Assembly (NCBI GenBank): GCA_030390025.1
Contig: CM059431.1
Coordinates: 113,648,001-113,712,000 of the forward strand
Length of the DNA stretch: 64,000 bases
Direction: 5' to 3'
From: Squalus acanthias
Taxonomy: Eukaryota
Below the pieces are notes generated by a model. It was not told the DNA's origin. It ran no database searches and was given only the letters and a program-made list of their open reading frames with translations. The translations under genes and the position numbers were made by a program. Positions 24,380-37,960 of this stretch are shown here, piece after piece (within the stretch, counting starts at the first letter, position 1; each line of letters starts with the position of its first letter).

Positions 24380-25134
24380 GGGCCGTATTTTGCGACTCCC
24401 ATGGGTGCATACGAGGTGTGTATGCGCCCGTAGGGGCCGCGCAAGTTCCGGGTTTAGGCATGCCAAGCGCATGCGCTGAAACCCGGCACTTGCGATCTGT
24501 CAAGAATTCTCTTGACAGATCCTCCGAATCCACGGGAGATGGGCCTCTGCGAGTGGAGAGTTGCGCTATTTGCACAACTTCCACCCGCTGAATGCCTGTC
24601 AAATTCTTACGCCTGGTAAAAGCAGGCATAAGGCCAGCTTTTACCAGCATAAGAGTATTCAAAAATAGAAAGATAAAATGTTATCACTCATTTATAAATT
24701 TAAAATACTCTTCAAAAAGGTAAATTTATTTTTAGCCCCGTAAAAACATTTGATTTTTTTTACAAAAAATGTAATTTTTGTTTAAAATATTTAATTAAAT
24801 GGCATTTTAATTAATTTTAAATATGTAATTTTTAAAAACATGTATTTCACGTGTTGGTGTATTTTTAAGTGATCCCCATTCATACGTACGTACGGAACTG
24901 TCAAAAGTATGAATGGGGATTCCATTCTTTTATTGGTTGGGCCGGCCCACGTGATCCCAGGAGCGCTTATAAACCGCTTGCGCTCCTGGGGTATGTGGGG
25001 CTCTGCCCGCGTGGACCCGGAGAGGCCCAGGATCGCAGGACGCCATTCCTCCCGGGCCACCAGGTACTTTTATAGAAATTTTGCAGGTCGGAGGCGTCCG
25101 CCCGCGGGAAGCCGCCAATCGCAAATGTTGGCCC
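24380..25134. mobile_element. Harbinger-type MITE with AT-rich core (family of 63165-63923)
   Basis: TIRs GGGCCGTATTTTGCGA / TCGCAAATGTTGGCCC; shares GGCCCACGTGATCCCAGG with 63165-63923. Confidence 0.75.
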
Positions 25135-26381
25135 GTTATAGAACAGAGCTTCACCACAAAGACTAGCAGACAAAGATGACTGCGGGGTGGATTTCTTGAT
25201 TGTAGAAATCCTCAGGCTTAATAAAATGAATATTATCTTCCAGGTTTAAAAGGATAAGGAAGAATATAAATTTGAACAAGGAAGAAAATCCTGATCAAAC
25301 ATATAATGAAGGTCATCCGCCCCAATGTGAGCCATCACAGACCTATGAGATAACCTGGCTTAGAGTGGCAGGAGGATGATTACCTAGGGGGAAGAACATT
25401 ACAAACTATTTACCCATTTGTCCAATTAATATTAACATCAATTCAATTTTTCATTTCAAATGGCAACTGTGCTCTAAAACTATAATCTTCTAAATATTGT
25501 GGCCCTAAAGTTATGCTGTGGGATACCAGTGTGCATTCATCTGAAATTCCTCGCTCCACTATTTAGTGGAAGCATTGAAACGTTTAAAATAAAAATGAGT
25601 TAATACCTCTGCTAAAATACGGAAGAGAGACATTTCAGACAAATGAGTTAAGCATAGTTTCAGTGCTTGTATTGCTTTCAGATTATAGGAAGTGCATCGA
25701 ATGCAGATTTGAGAAAAAACAGGTTATCATCTGAAATAAAATGTCAAAATGTTCTTTATTGGCTACGGAATATGAACACTTTAAAGCAGCTTCTATGGAA
25801 ACCAGAATTATGTGCTTAAATTAGGTAGGGTAGAGTTATGTATTGTCCTTCCAACTGTTTCAACTGTCAGGTATACCATTCTGCAACAGAGAATGGAAAT
25901 TCTGCTCAGGTGGGTTTATCCAACCTCATCTCTTCATCGCCCAGGGATACTCCATCATTCTTACTTGGGATTCTGAAGAATCAGGATAAATCCTCCGGTG
26001 AAAACACACTCCAGCAGCACAGTAGATCTTAAGTTTCCCTAACAGATGAGATGGCTATTGGGGGGTCCCATTCTCAATCCCATGACTACTTCTAATAGAA
26101 TGTTACTAAGGTTAAGTCTCTTTGTTCAAATTATTGATTCCCTCCTTGCTGAAAGAAATTTGTAAGAGACCAGTTCAAAAACTGTTAAGTGTTTTTTTAA
26201 TTGAAATAAATAAGGCCTGAAATTTCCTCCGGGGCCATTCCACCGGGGAAAGGTTGACAGGCTGTAACCCCCCCATTCATCCACATGGTTGTCCATAAGC
26301 CTCAACCCAAATTGAAGGGGTGGGGGTCATTTGCATGGTGAGAGTGGGCCGCTGACACTTACAAGGGCACTCTGAAACTAC

Positions 26382-27126
26382 GGGGGCGATTTTGCCAGCC
26401 CTGGGGAGGCGGGTATGGAGATGGGACTGCTGGGAAAATGGCAGAATCTGGGGGCGGGTACCCATCCTGCCCCGAACCCGCCTCCGTGCCACCTTCCCAT
26501 GAGGCGGGTAGCCAACCCGCGCCGGGCCCCGTCTCCTGGAGAAGGGAAGGGGATTACAGGTAGTTAACAGGCAGTTAAGAGGATTATCCCCATTTTTCCA
26601 CCAGAGGTGCGGGCTTCCCAACATTGGGAAACCCCGCCAGGGTCACCGAGGCGAGCAGTGGGTCTGCGGGGGTCTGCGGGGTGCAAAAGTGAGCTGTGGA
26701 GGTGAGTGATGGGTGCAAGTGTGGAGAGGTAAGCATGGGAGGTGAGTGAAAAGTGATAGAAAATGTTTACTTACCTTTGTTTCTTCCTGCAGGCTTCAAC
26801 AGTTGGGGAACCGGAGAGTCTCGCATCTCACCGTCACCGATGCAACAGCCATCTGATTTCTGCTCAGCAGATAGGTTTGATGAGTCTTGAATATAAGGAC
26901 TCATCAAACAACAGAGAATGTCAGTGTTTGACAGATGAAACGTCATACACTAATGTTCTCTGTAACCAGCTTCCCCTTAATTGGCCTGCTAAGCCCGCTG
27001 GGCGGGCTTAACAAGGTCAATCAAGGGAAAATAGCGTGGGTTGGCCTCAAGTTGATGGAGGTGGGACTAAAACCCGACAAGCAGCAGTTCCGCCTCCAAC
27101 TTGCCCCCATTGGCAAAATCACCCCC
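26382..27126 (-). mobile_element. Harbinger-type MITE family A
   Basis: 16-bp TIR GGGGGYGATTTTGCCA; homologous over its length to 50432-51251 and 58203-59033. Confidence 0.85.
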
Positions 27127-28412
27127 ATTGGGTCCCAATTTGGTCTTGTGCAGCGGCCCACAGCAAGTCTGCCTCAGCTACCCCAGATTCTTCCAGACCA
27201 AAGATAAAAGTAATCTTCGCCAGTTTTCACTTTTAAAGAGAAGTAATTTTGCTTCAATACTTATTCATTGATTACCCTAGCTTAGGTTATGCTTTTGGGA
27301 CTTTCAAGAGGCCTAAGGGGGACTCACACCAGCTCTCGCTGCCTGTCATTAGTTCTGTTGGGGCCTTTTAAAGGAGTAAAGGGTGGAATACACTACAAAA
27401 TATAAAGATTAAACAATAGCAAATTTCAAAGTGAAATGTTTTAATTTGTTATGCATGCAACATGCTGCATTTGCTAAACAATCTCTTGAATGTAGTGGCC
27501 TGTTTGGGGTTTTTCTCAGGAAAGTTACCTCAAAAAGAGTTGAAAAGTTTACACTTTACCCTGTTTTGATGTTTTATACATATATAACAAAACAAAGCCT
27601 GGTTACTATCACTGCTCATAAAAATGGTTATCTGTGTATTTTGTCCCTAGTGATTTTCCATCAATATAAAGGAGTGGAGGAGGGGATAGTGGTTACAAGC
27701 AGCAAGTCTTGGCATACCTTGAGAATGGCCAATCTTGTCAATTCCAAAGAATTCCTTGTGGTTTTAAGCACAAATGAATGCTGGAAATTGTAGCCTGTTA
27801 TTTTAATGTGCATTCAGTGGACAATGACAACTCAGGCTTCTCCAAGAGATACAGACCTCCAGTGGAAAATGTTATTAGGCACATTTTGAACACAGAAAAT
27901 GTTACTGTATTGGTAAGTTTAATCATTTTCTTATAATTGCTGTAAGTTTTTTTTTGCTGAGAATTTTCTCGGGATTTTTCTGATCAGCCGTCGGAACTTC
28001 AGTGGAAAATCAGTGGGATCCCAGATAGGTGCCTAAAAGGGGATTCTGCTGACTTACCATTGAAGTTATGGCATCTGATTGGGAGAATGCCCAAGGAAAT
28101 TCCTGGTGCATGTTACCAAAAGTTATTTCATGTACTAAGTTTACTGAGAAACCAAGAAAGATTTTCAAAAACTTTGGACAATTTCATTGAATTGTGCTTT
28201 TTTTTACTGGTGGCTTCTGCTGATTTCTTATTGGTTAATGGTTTTACTCTGTCCTTATAACTATTTCAATGGAGGTTTGCATACATACATTGCCTGCTTT
28301 TAATTGGTACATCCATTTCTGATTTGTTCCAGTTTTATGAATGTGAAATTTGAGCTAACTCCAAGTGTGACACCTGGGGTGTGACAGACATGGGCTTACA
28401 CTAGATGCAAGG

Positions 28413-28452
28413 GATAGATAGACAGACAGATAGACAGATAGATAGATAGATA
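28413..28452. repeat. (GATA/GACA)n microsatellite
   Basis: About 10 tetranucleotide units. Confidence 0.9.
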
Positions 28453-29802
28453 CTACATGCAGATGCTCCTGGTTTTTCTAGCATTTTGTAAAAGGTTGAG
28501 TGGTGAATTTTCAGCTCATTGAGCTGCTTTGTTCATTTTATTTCAATCTGTATTTCACTGGGTAGCCAAATGTGCTGCCTGCTGATTTTTGATTTGATCA
28601 AAACAAGCATACGGCTGATTAAAAACCATACATAATTAGCAACTGAAAAGCAGGGCAAATGATTTCCAGCTCATGGTTCAAAGCCTTAAATAAAAAAAAG
28701 TCCAAACAAAGAAAAACTGACTGTAAAAGTAATTTGTGGCAAAACACTTGAAACATCATTGTTCCACAGAGAAAGGTCAAGGAAAGGCGACGCCCACAGA
28801 GCTCAATTTCTCTGCCAATCATTACCGGGAACTTACAATTTCTGATGGTGGTGAATAAGTACAACCAGACATTCAGTTGTCTCTTTAAGCTCAGTGCCAA
28901 TGCCAAGGCATTTTGGAAGTGGTGGATTCATAATAATTTACCACAGTTTTTTTTATCATGTCCAATGACAGACAATACATGGCAAAAGCTGATCTTATAT
29001 CCACCGCAGGAAATAATGCAAAATATCCAACTGTATGGTATTATGATTACAGCCTTGAATCCTGTCATTGGGACATATTTAAAATAAGGGATGAAAACAG
29101 ATGTTTGCTCACTGACTGCCCATCATTAACAGCCTTTTGGAATGGTTGTCATCCTGTATAAAATCCATTTGGTGAATAATTACATCTTTTAGTCCAAACA
29201 CCAGGCTGGGGGATATGACTAGGCAGTACCTCCAGTGATAAATCCTGAACCTCCCACTCTGGACAACAATGGAAAAGTCACAACCTGTAACATTCACACC
29301 GTCTACCAGGCTGCATGTGGTTAAATAGCATCCCTTATTGCGGCACAGAATCTGCATCTGCAGTGGTGCTGAAAGTGGTAGCATGTGCATATGTATTCAA
29401 ACTAACTCAAATACTTTCAGTCAATTCATCTTTTCCTGGCATCTCTTTCCATATTACCTTAACATCTTGGTCTCTGAGAACTGAGGCATAAATAAATGGT
29501 TTTTCTACAGGAGGCTGATGTGACAAATTGGGTTCCCACAGTACTTGTTGAACTCATTCCGACTTCAAATTTAATGACCAACGAATCCCACTGGATTAAC
29601 ATATGAGTGCAGAATTCGCTTTCGCAATTTTCATTTATATTATGTAAATATTTTGCTTTTCTTTTTTCTTTTATTTATTTGACCCTGAGCTTCCCTAAAA
29701 TAAGGGATCAAAACAGGTGCTTAATGCACATCATTACCAGCCTTTGGAAATGGTTGTCATCCTACATAAAGTCCACTTGGTGAATAAGTACATTGTTCAA
29801 TC

Positions 29803-30022
29803 CTGGAATTCCCTCCCAAAACCTCTCCGCCACTCGAGCTCTCTCTTCTCCTTTAAGATGCTCCTCAAAGCCTACCTCTTTGACCAAGCTTTTGGTCCCC
29901 TGTCCTAATATCTCCTTATGTGGCTCAGTGTCAAATTTTGTCTGATAATGTTCCTGTGAAGCGCCTTTGGGACTTTTTGCTACATTAAAGACGCTATATA
30001 AATGCAAATTGTTGTTGTTGTT
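29803..30022 (+). repeat. L2 3' fragment, 5'-truncated
   Basis: WNSLPKPLR..FKMLLKAYLFDQAF and (TTG)n tail. Confidence 0.88.
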
Positions 30023-30444
30023 ATTCCACTTGCGTTAGGACTCCCTGGACCATCCACCCCATTCTGGCCCAGTAGTGTTGGTCCCTGGGAGATGCACTTA
30101 AATATTGCTTTTCTCTACCCAGCCTGCATTTGTGCCTCCATCTCATACTAGGATCAGGAATTCACTGTACGGGAATTCCTAACGGCAAGCCTATGTCCTA
30201 CCATTCACGGCACGGAGTCCTTGGGCACAGCTCCACCCATTCATTTTACAGCTGTTAACCTACACAGTTTCTGTCAAAGAGCTTTCCATTCAATTGTACA
30301 TTCTTTTCATGCAATTCAGGGTGGTTTTAGCTGACTAATACGAGCAGGCAAATAGTTATTGTTTAAAATTATTGTATTTTCGTCAACTCAATTAAAATCA
30401 GAACTCGGATATAAAAGCAAAATAAGCCTAAAAGTTGAGATGAA

Positions 30445-30910
30445 GGGGACAATTTTTGTCGCGATTTCTGGGCAGGAACAGAGCACTTGCAAGCCAAAAG
30501 ATTTACCGTACTATTTACCAGTGAGTTCGTGCCAATGTCCAGCCTGCTGTAATATTGGGGCGTGGCAGGAAACAGGTGCGCAGCGCTCTCAACCTGAGCA
30601 GGCAGGGGCCAACTTGAATATGCAAATCCAGGTCCTACACTGTATGTAGGATCCTGATGAAATTTTCAAGTATCAATGGGCTGCACTGCGCGCGTTCCGT
30701 CCAATGGTACTGGACGTACAGTGGCCCAATCAGCGTTTTTTAAAGGAACCATTGCAGGCCACTCTGAAACTGGTATAAGAATGCTGTGACACTGATGTTT
30801 GTAGGCCAGGATGAACAGGAATAGTCCTCCTGGCCCCACAAATATCTTCCCACCCACTGCTGATCACTCCCTGCCATCCCCGGGATTGCGTCCTCCCCTT
30901 TGAAGGCCTA
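30445..30910 (+). repeat. Truncated Harbinger-type MITE related to 43640-44291
   Basis: GGGGACAATTTT end; CCAATGGTACTGG..TTAAAGGA block similar to 43890-43945. Confidence 0.5.
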
Positions 30911-32294
30911 CTTCAGACAAATAGCAGTCCTATGATGGTTAAATATATCCAATTAATATTATAGTGTACCTAATTGCGGGCCCCACTGGAAGAACTGGGC
31001 AGCGAGACCCTTCTTGCCCACAATGGCTGCACACCATTTTCCTGCTCTTCAATGCCTTGCAGGTGCTTATCATCCGAGTCTATAGTGAGGCGTTGTTCCG
31101 TAGTGATACTGCAACACTCGAAACACAGCTATCATTTTTCCCGACTTTTATTGAGCATCTATTTTCCTCGGTTAGCCACACAGTAAACAAATAGTGTGGA
31201 CGGCTCCGCACAACATGGTGACCAAGATCAAATGGGAGCAATACATTTTGAAGTATTGCCCTTTAAGGGACTACAAGCAGGCTCCTTGTTGTTTGAAAGT
31301 TGAAGGCTACAACAGAGGATGCTTTGGGGAGAGGCCAGGGGGAGGGTTGTGCAGACATGCTCAAGACCTTTCCCACGTTCGAGGTTTGAGACTGCAGTGT
31401 ATAGTAATGCCCAGGCCATGACACCAGATCATCTCTCTAATTGTTTTTAATTTATGCTTTGGAGGCGTCCCTGTATGCTGCGGTCTTCTGTAACCCTTTC
31501 CTTTGGCTATAGTGCTTTTAAAGGGCAGTAGGCCAGCAAGCAGTGTGTGGCTTCACTGCAGGGCAATAGAGTGTTAGTAAGGGGTGTTTCCAGGTCAGGA
31601 GACAGGTCATAGATGTCTGGACATAATCCATTGATCCTTATGACTAGAGTCTTCTTAGTTCCCGATGTGCTCCCACCTGCCATTTAGCAGTTGCTGAGGA
31701 GAAGGGAAAATGCTGGGAGCATAGATGTGATGCCAATGACCCTGAATCCCAGTTTTAGTGATTCCCAAATGCAAAAGCAGTGGAGCTCTGGAGCCAGTAC
31801 ATAGCCCTAGGCAGTTAAGACAATAAATATTTTTCTTACAAAGGCCACGAACACCCATTACAACATTCCCTGCTGTGTGTGTGTGTGTGTGGCCTTACAG
31901 TCATGTCTCTGGTCCTCCCATCATTATCTGCTCCACATATTGATTGTTGAAGGTCTGATAAAGTCACGTCAAATACTGCTCCATTTACGAGGCCATAAAT
32001 GGACCCAGAATTTCCTTGAACGGCATAACTGGCAAGTTACGCAAAGATATTTACTCCGGTTTCTATGCTAATCTCGCCAATCAGTACTTAAGCTGAAGTT
32101 TCCTGACAAGCTTATTAGCATATGCCAGATCTTTAATAACATGCACAAACCAGCGGAAATCAGCGTAATTAATCTGGGCACAAGCAAAGCTCGGAACTTG
32201 TGCAATATTCCTGCTTTAAGTACCTCTTTATGTACGAAAATTAAAACTTGAAGCCATCAAACTATCATTTATTCACATCAGGCCCTGCAGGGTT

Positions 32295-32736
32295 GAAACA
32301 TAGAAACTAGGAGCAGGAGTAGGCCATTCGGCCCATCGAGCCTGCTCCACCATTCAATACGATCATGGCTGATCATCCAAATCCGGTACCCTGTCCCTGC
32401 TTTCTCACACAGAATCCCCATCGAGACTGCACCGACACATATCCCACCCTATCCCCGTAACCCCACGTATTTAATTCCCCCTAACATATCCCTTCCTATC
32501 CTATCCCCGTAACCCCACATATTTAATCCCCCCCTAACACTAAGGGTCAATTTATCATAGCCAAATCAACCTAACCCGCACATTTTTGGACTGTGGAGGA
32601 AACCGGAGCACCCGGAGGAAACCCACGCAGACACGGGGAGAATGTGCAAACTCCACACAGACAGTCACCCGAGGCCAGATTCAAACCCGGGTCCCTGGCG
32701 CTGTGAGGCACCAGTGCTAACCACTATGCCACCGTG
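32295..32736 (-). mobile_element. HE1-like V-SINE
   Basis: Near-identical to 12441-12864. Confidence 0.92.
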
Positions 32737-33144
32737 TTTTTTGCTTTCGGCGCAATCGGGAAATTGCCCCTAAAATGCACTTGAAATTGCAGTGGTTAGG
32801 TTACAGGTCACGTTTCTGCTTAAAATCATTTGCATATTCACAAATGTAAAATTTTCCATGAATTAGCGCAATCGGCCAGCATAATAGAACGTAATTGTTT
32901 CTTTGTTTTTGCTCTCCATTAAAAAGTATTCCTTGATGTATTTAAGAGTGGTAAGCTGAGGCAGTTTCATTAATACAGCTGAAAATAGGTTTATTGTCAG
33001 AAATAAGCATTTTTAATCAGAGTGCCCAGTCCTCCACTTGTGAGTAACCTGAGTTAAAATCGCTGAAAATGACTTAAGAGAACCATACGGAACCATTTAA
33101 TAGTTTCATTGCTGTACACTGGTCCGTTTCTTAGTGGAGTAAAT

Positions 33145-34805
33145 GGCCCGGATTTTGTGGGCAGCTGTCAGCGAGGTGAATGGCGAGATTTCGCGGGCTT
33201 TTGAGCGGAGACTTGCTCTAATCCGGCATCTGACCCACCGCGGCGCCCTCTACAGGACATCTGTGGCATCTGTGAGCAGAAAAGAAACAGCAAGGCTCTT
33301 CAACCAATCAGATTGAAGAATCCTCACTGAGACACGCGGCCGGAATTTTCTTCGGGGAGGCAGGTTGGGGGTGGGGGGTCCAAGGCGTGTGGAAAACCCG
33401 GGAGGCCAGCTTTCCCACAGGCCCTGCTGCCTTTACCGGCAGGACCTAATTTGAATGTGAGGCCTCGGTTTCCCGCCCGCAGCCAGCCAGCTGGAGAGGT
33501 TGGCTGGCTATGGGCGGGTAGGCCTCAGTTGCGGTCCGGGGGAGGATCGCGGGAGGGGGTCGGCAATCCACGGGGGTGGGGTCAGGAATCGGGAGGGGGG
33601 GGAGAAAGAATTGGCGGGTGGGGGGTGTTGCAGGATCGGGGAGGTCGGGGATTGGCAGGCAAGCAGGGATCGCGGGTGGGGGAATCGGGGATCGGGGGGG
33701 GATCAGGGGTCGAAGCGTGGGTCGGCCAGGGATCGGGGGAAGTGGGGATTGCGGGGGGGGGTGGGTCGGCCAGGGATCGGGGGGGGGGGGCGGAGGATCA
33801 TGGTTGGCCTCATCATCATCGTTGGGGGGAAAGGCCTGGGAAGGGGGGTGGTTGCGGGCAGGGGAGGCCTGGGAATGAGATCGGAGGCATCTTGTGGGGG
33901 GTCTCCGATCACAGGGGGTGGATATGGTCGGGTCCCTGGATCCAGGAGGTAGGTATAAATCCACTTACCTCCTGGATGCAGCAGTCCCCGCCTCAGTTTA
34001 ACTGCCGGGTTTCACAAATTGAGTGAAACCCGTCCACAGGCAGTTAAATTCAAAATGGAAGGGGAGGAAGAGGCTTCCAGCCTCATTACAATAATTAAAT
34101 TGAGGTAATGCCTCTTGGCAGCAGGTTGGTTGTCCGCCCTCTGTCCCCCTTCCGGCAAAACCGGAAGTGGGCAGATTTGAGGCGGGATCAGGTCAGGAAT
34201 CCCATTTTTAACAATTTAACTGCCCCCACGCTCCAAAGCCACCCATTTTTTATGGGAAAATTCCGGCCGCAGAATCTAAACCAGGAAGTATAAAGCAGGA
34301 AGTATAAATTGGATTTATATCATGTACAGAAACTGAAATAAAGATTGGGAAAGACAAATGAGATTAAGAGAGATAAAATAGACAGACAGAAAAAGTTAAA
34401 AAAAATGTTATTTTAATTTTAATATTTTTTAAATCTCCAACACTAATTAAATTCTGAAGGAATGAGACTCCACACTTGTAAAATTTAATTTTCAGGGCCA
34501 GAGAGGTTGTTTGGCAGTAATTATCACTTATCACGCTGTTAAAATTCACTTACACCTGAATGCACCAGCCCTAACATTTCTGGTGTGTTTAGTGGGTAAC
34601 TAGTGGGTAAGTACTGCAACATCACGCCCTTACATGGATTTCAATGCTGAGTCTATTGGCGAGGTTCTTCTATAGCGCAGCCTGTGGAGGAGCAGGGTAA
34701 CTCAGACCGCAACTTCTGGATTTCCGCGTTTAACTGCACATGTACGTACTTATGAAGTTACTGTCCGATTTACTGCATAATAACGGTGAGCACTGACAGT
34801 CTCAA
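33145..34805 (+). mobile_element. Harbinger-type MITE family C, interrupted by family B
   Basis: GGCCCGGATTTTG end; both flanking parts homologous to 62085-62615. Confidence 0.75.
33338..34268. mobile_element. Harbinger-type MITE family B with G-rich GGGATC array
   Basis: Perfect 13-bp TIR GGCCGGAATTTTC; homologous to 46501-47414. Confidence 0.85.
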
Positions 34806-35667
34806 TGAAATGGTTCTGTATATGTTTTAAAAGTCATTTTCAGTCATGTAAAGTCGGGTTATTCACAGGTGTTTATGCTTATTTTTTGCGATAAACCCAT
34901 TTTCAGCTGTGTTAATCAAATTGCCCCTAGTTACCACTTTTAAATATTCAAGGAATTTTATTTAAGCAAAATTTTCTTTTTTTAAAAAATGATGTTTTAA
35001 AATGCTGCCCAATTGCGCTGGTTCATGGCAGATTTTGCATTTGGCAAAATGCAAATGAGTTTGAGCAGAAACTTGAGAAAAAAAAATACTTTTCAAAATG
35101 GGCGCAAATTTGGGCGCAACTTGCGCCCGTTTTGCTAATTGCGCCCGACTCTACCCCCAGAATTCCTGCCACGCCTAAAGATTTGGACGAAAATTAACAG
35201 CCCATTCAGAATGCAGGAAACTAGCATTCTCTGTACTTTTGCATGGAGGCGGGGCTATGTTAATGAGCGGCAGAGGATTTTGGCGGAGGTTTCGCTGAAT
35301 TGGCACAAATGATGGAGAAAATGCGACATAGTATCAAAACCGGCGAAAACATGCAAACTTACTTGATCTTTTGCCCTGATAATCAGCATTACGCTGTCCT
35401 TACGTTATTGTTTAGGTGCAAGTTATCAGGAACTTCCAGACCTTCCTGCATAACAGCATTAATTAGGATCTAACACAGTGGCTTTCTCGGCCGTATAACT
35501 TACAAAGCAAATTATAGATGGAGTCAGAAACAACAGCAATAGCCGTAGACAATTAATTAGCTCACAATGCGACAAATCACTTTTAACCTAAATATTCTAC
35601 TAGTAACAGTCAACAAATACATACATTGGCCCATCAGGACTCCCAGTTTCTGATCAGCCATTCACCG

Positions 35668-35828
35668 TTAGATATATTTCTTAAGGCTAAGGGGATCAAG
35701 GGATATGGGGAGAAAGTAGGGACAGGGTACTGAATTTGGATGATCAGCCATGATCGCATTGAATGGCGGAGCAGGCTCGAGGGGCCGAATGGCCTACTCC
35801 TGCTCCTATCTTCTATGTTTCTATGTTT
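35668..35828 (+). repeat. Young CR1 3' end, severely 5'-truncated
   Basis: FLKAKGIKGYGEK, 3' UTR matching the HE1 tails, (TTCTATGT)n. Confidence 0.9.
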
Positions 35829-36861
35829 CAAACAAAGTAACACTGCAACCCTAATCCCATGCTAAGCCCATACATTTGCCCACGCAAACACAAACCCTTC
35901 TATATGCCTGCAGTCAGTACTTGGATTAAATACTGTGTGATATCATGTGGGGCTGTATCTCGAAATTGAGAGCGATTTTACCTGACCACTCCCTTTAGTC
36001 AGTCATCATTTGGGGTTCAAGTAGGGCTTTCTTGTTACTTTCTATTGATCTACTTCATTATTGGAAAAGACAGGAAGGCCTATTATACCATCACATTGGG
36101 AAATGTCACCAATCAGACCAGTCATTAGTTCCTTATGTAAATATGCCTGTGCTGTAAAACACTTCACACACTTGGCATTACCAATTACTGAGTCATCAAA
36201 GGCATGAAATGTAAGCTTACTCAAATTAAATATTTTACATTTATTTTTACAGCTGCAGAGGATTTTAAACTGATCAAAACCCAAGAACGGAAACAAAATC
36301 TGATTAATGCTGGAAACACTCAGCAGATCAGGCAACATCTGTGGAGAGATCAGATGAGTTAACACTTTCAGTGTTGTCGTTTTGTTAATAGAATGGTCGA
36401 CTTTTTCATCTTTGTCCGACCACAAATTAAGAATGGTAGCTGTTAGTTGTGGTGTGGATCTCTCCATACATTGGCCCATCAGGACTCCCAGTTTCTGATC
36501 AGCCATTCACCGAAATCTCCCGACGTGTTCTTGTGCAGCTTTAGCTATTTTGCTGCAAGCTTTTCCAGTATACTGTCACAAGCTAAACGCGGACAGGAAG
36601 CATTGCATTTGTGGTGCTTCCGAGCTAGTATTGACATTTAATTTATGCTGGAGAGCCGGTCTTCAGGAAATTATTCAGCCCCTGTCAGTGTTCACATCTG
36701 TCAAGAACGAATTGGCCCCAACCAGCAAAGGAAGGGGAAGGTCTTCTTCAGTCCAATGGGGTCATTGTCAACGAAGACAAGATTAAAGGATGACTACTGA
36801 ACTGGGAGATAATGACTTGTTTTTCCCCCCCATTTATTAATGCAAGTTTTTGAATTGATTT

Positions 36862-37960
36862 AAAACAAAAGCCAAATACTGCGGATGCTGGAAATCTACA
36901 ATAAAAACAGAAAATGCTGGAAATACTCAGCAGGTCAGGCAGCGTCTGTGGAGAGAGAAACAGAGTTAACAGGCTGGATTTTACCAACCTCGGCGGTACC
37001 GTGGCGGGTGACGTCGGTGGCGGGTCCCGACCCCGCTGCTGGCTCCAGCCTGCTGTCCAAAATGATTTCCCCTGATTGGGCTTGTTAAGCCCCGCCCACT
37101 GCATTTGCCGGCCAATTGAAGGAAGTGGGTCTGATGACGTCATTTGATGACGCGTCATCAGTCGGTTTCCTTAAAGGGACCATGCACAAATTTACTTTGA
37201 CAGTTGTGCTGTCAGTGTTCTACAGCATTGAGGTGCTGCAAACACTGACAAGCACTGCACAGAGGTGCACGGCTGCACCCAAGGCTCTCCCATGACTCCC
37301 TCCATATGCTTATGGAGGGAGTCACAGCACGTAGGGAGGTTCTCTTCTCTTCCAATGGCGGAAGAAACCCCCCCAGGAGATCAACGCAGCCTGGTTGCAC
37401 ATTGCACAGGGAGACACAAGCATGGATGTCATAAGGAGGACCAGACTGCAGTGGTGCAAACCTTTCGATGATCTCAGTAGATCACGAAATGCTACTGCAA
37501 AGCCACACTCAACCTCACCCTGCTGTGCCACTCATCGCATCCCCATCACTCTGCCTTCCCTACCCTACTCCTGCACATCCTTACTCACACCAACTTACCT
37601 TGCACCTCCACCCATCCCTCTCTCTCTATCTACATTATCACTTCCCCATCTCACTAGCCACCCCTCATATTCACCCTCATCCTAGTCCAATCATACCAAC
37701 TAACAACACACAAGGGTAGGCTGACCCTCTGAAAAATTCCCCCAACATTTCAGGTCGATGACCTTTCATTAGAACTAGAAAAAGTTAGAGATGTAACAGA
37801 TTTTAAGCAGGTGCAGAGGCAGGGAAAGGGGGAGGGGAGGTCTGTGATATGGTGGAAGACAGGAGTGATTAAATGACAAAAGAGATGATGGTGCAAGGCA
37901 AAAGGAGATGGTAAAGTAAAGAAACAAAAGATGAGTCAAGAAGAGGTGTAAATGGGAATG
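36862..37960 (-). repeat. Penelope-derived terminal repeat interrupted by a MITE
   Basis: Homologous to the arms of 46278-47768; carries a mutated hammerhead. Confidence 0.8.
36971..37743 (+). mobile_element. Non-autonomous Harbinger derivative with Myb exon 1 relic
   Basis: AGGCTGGATTTT...AAAATTCCCCC ends, 3-bp TSD AAC; RLSHDSLHMLMEGVTARREVLF...KPFDDL. Confidence 0.85.

Larger units (their letters stand above)
32001..35442. mobile_element. Probable outer non-autonomous TIR element hosting a nest of insertions
   Basis: Degenerate ends GGACCCAGAATTTCC / GGAACTTCCAGACC; recurring GGCGCAA/TTGCGCC motifs. Confidence 0.45.

Noticed and set aside
30960..31960. Possible decayed L1/Tx1 endonuclease (VRGL motif, minus strand)
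   Set aside because: Only one weak motif; cannot be supported without a profile search.
33446..34026. Long Gly-rich and Pro-rich ORFs on both strands (also 46617-47162)
   Set aside because: By-products of the G-rich array inside MITE B, where stops are compositionally rare.
36042..36506. 154-aa minus-strand ORF
   Set aside because: Crosses a degenerate Penelope repeat, with no motif support.
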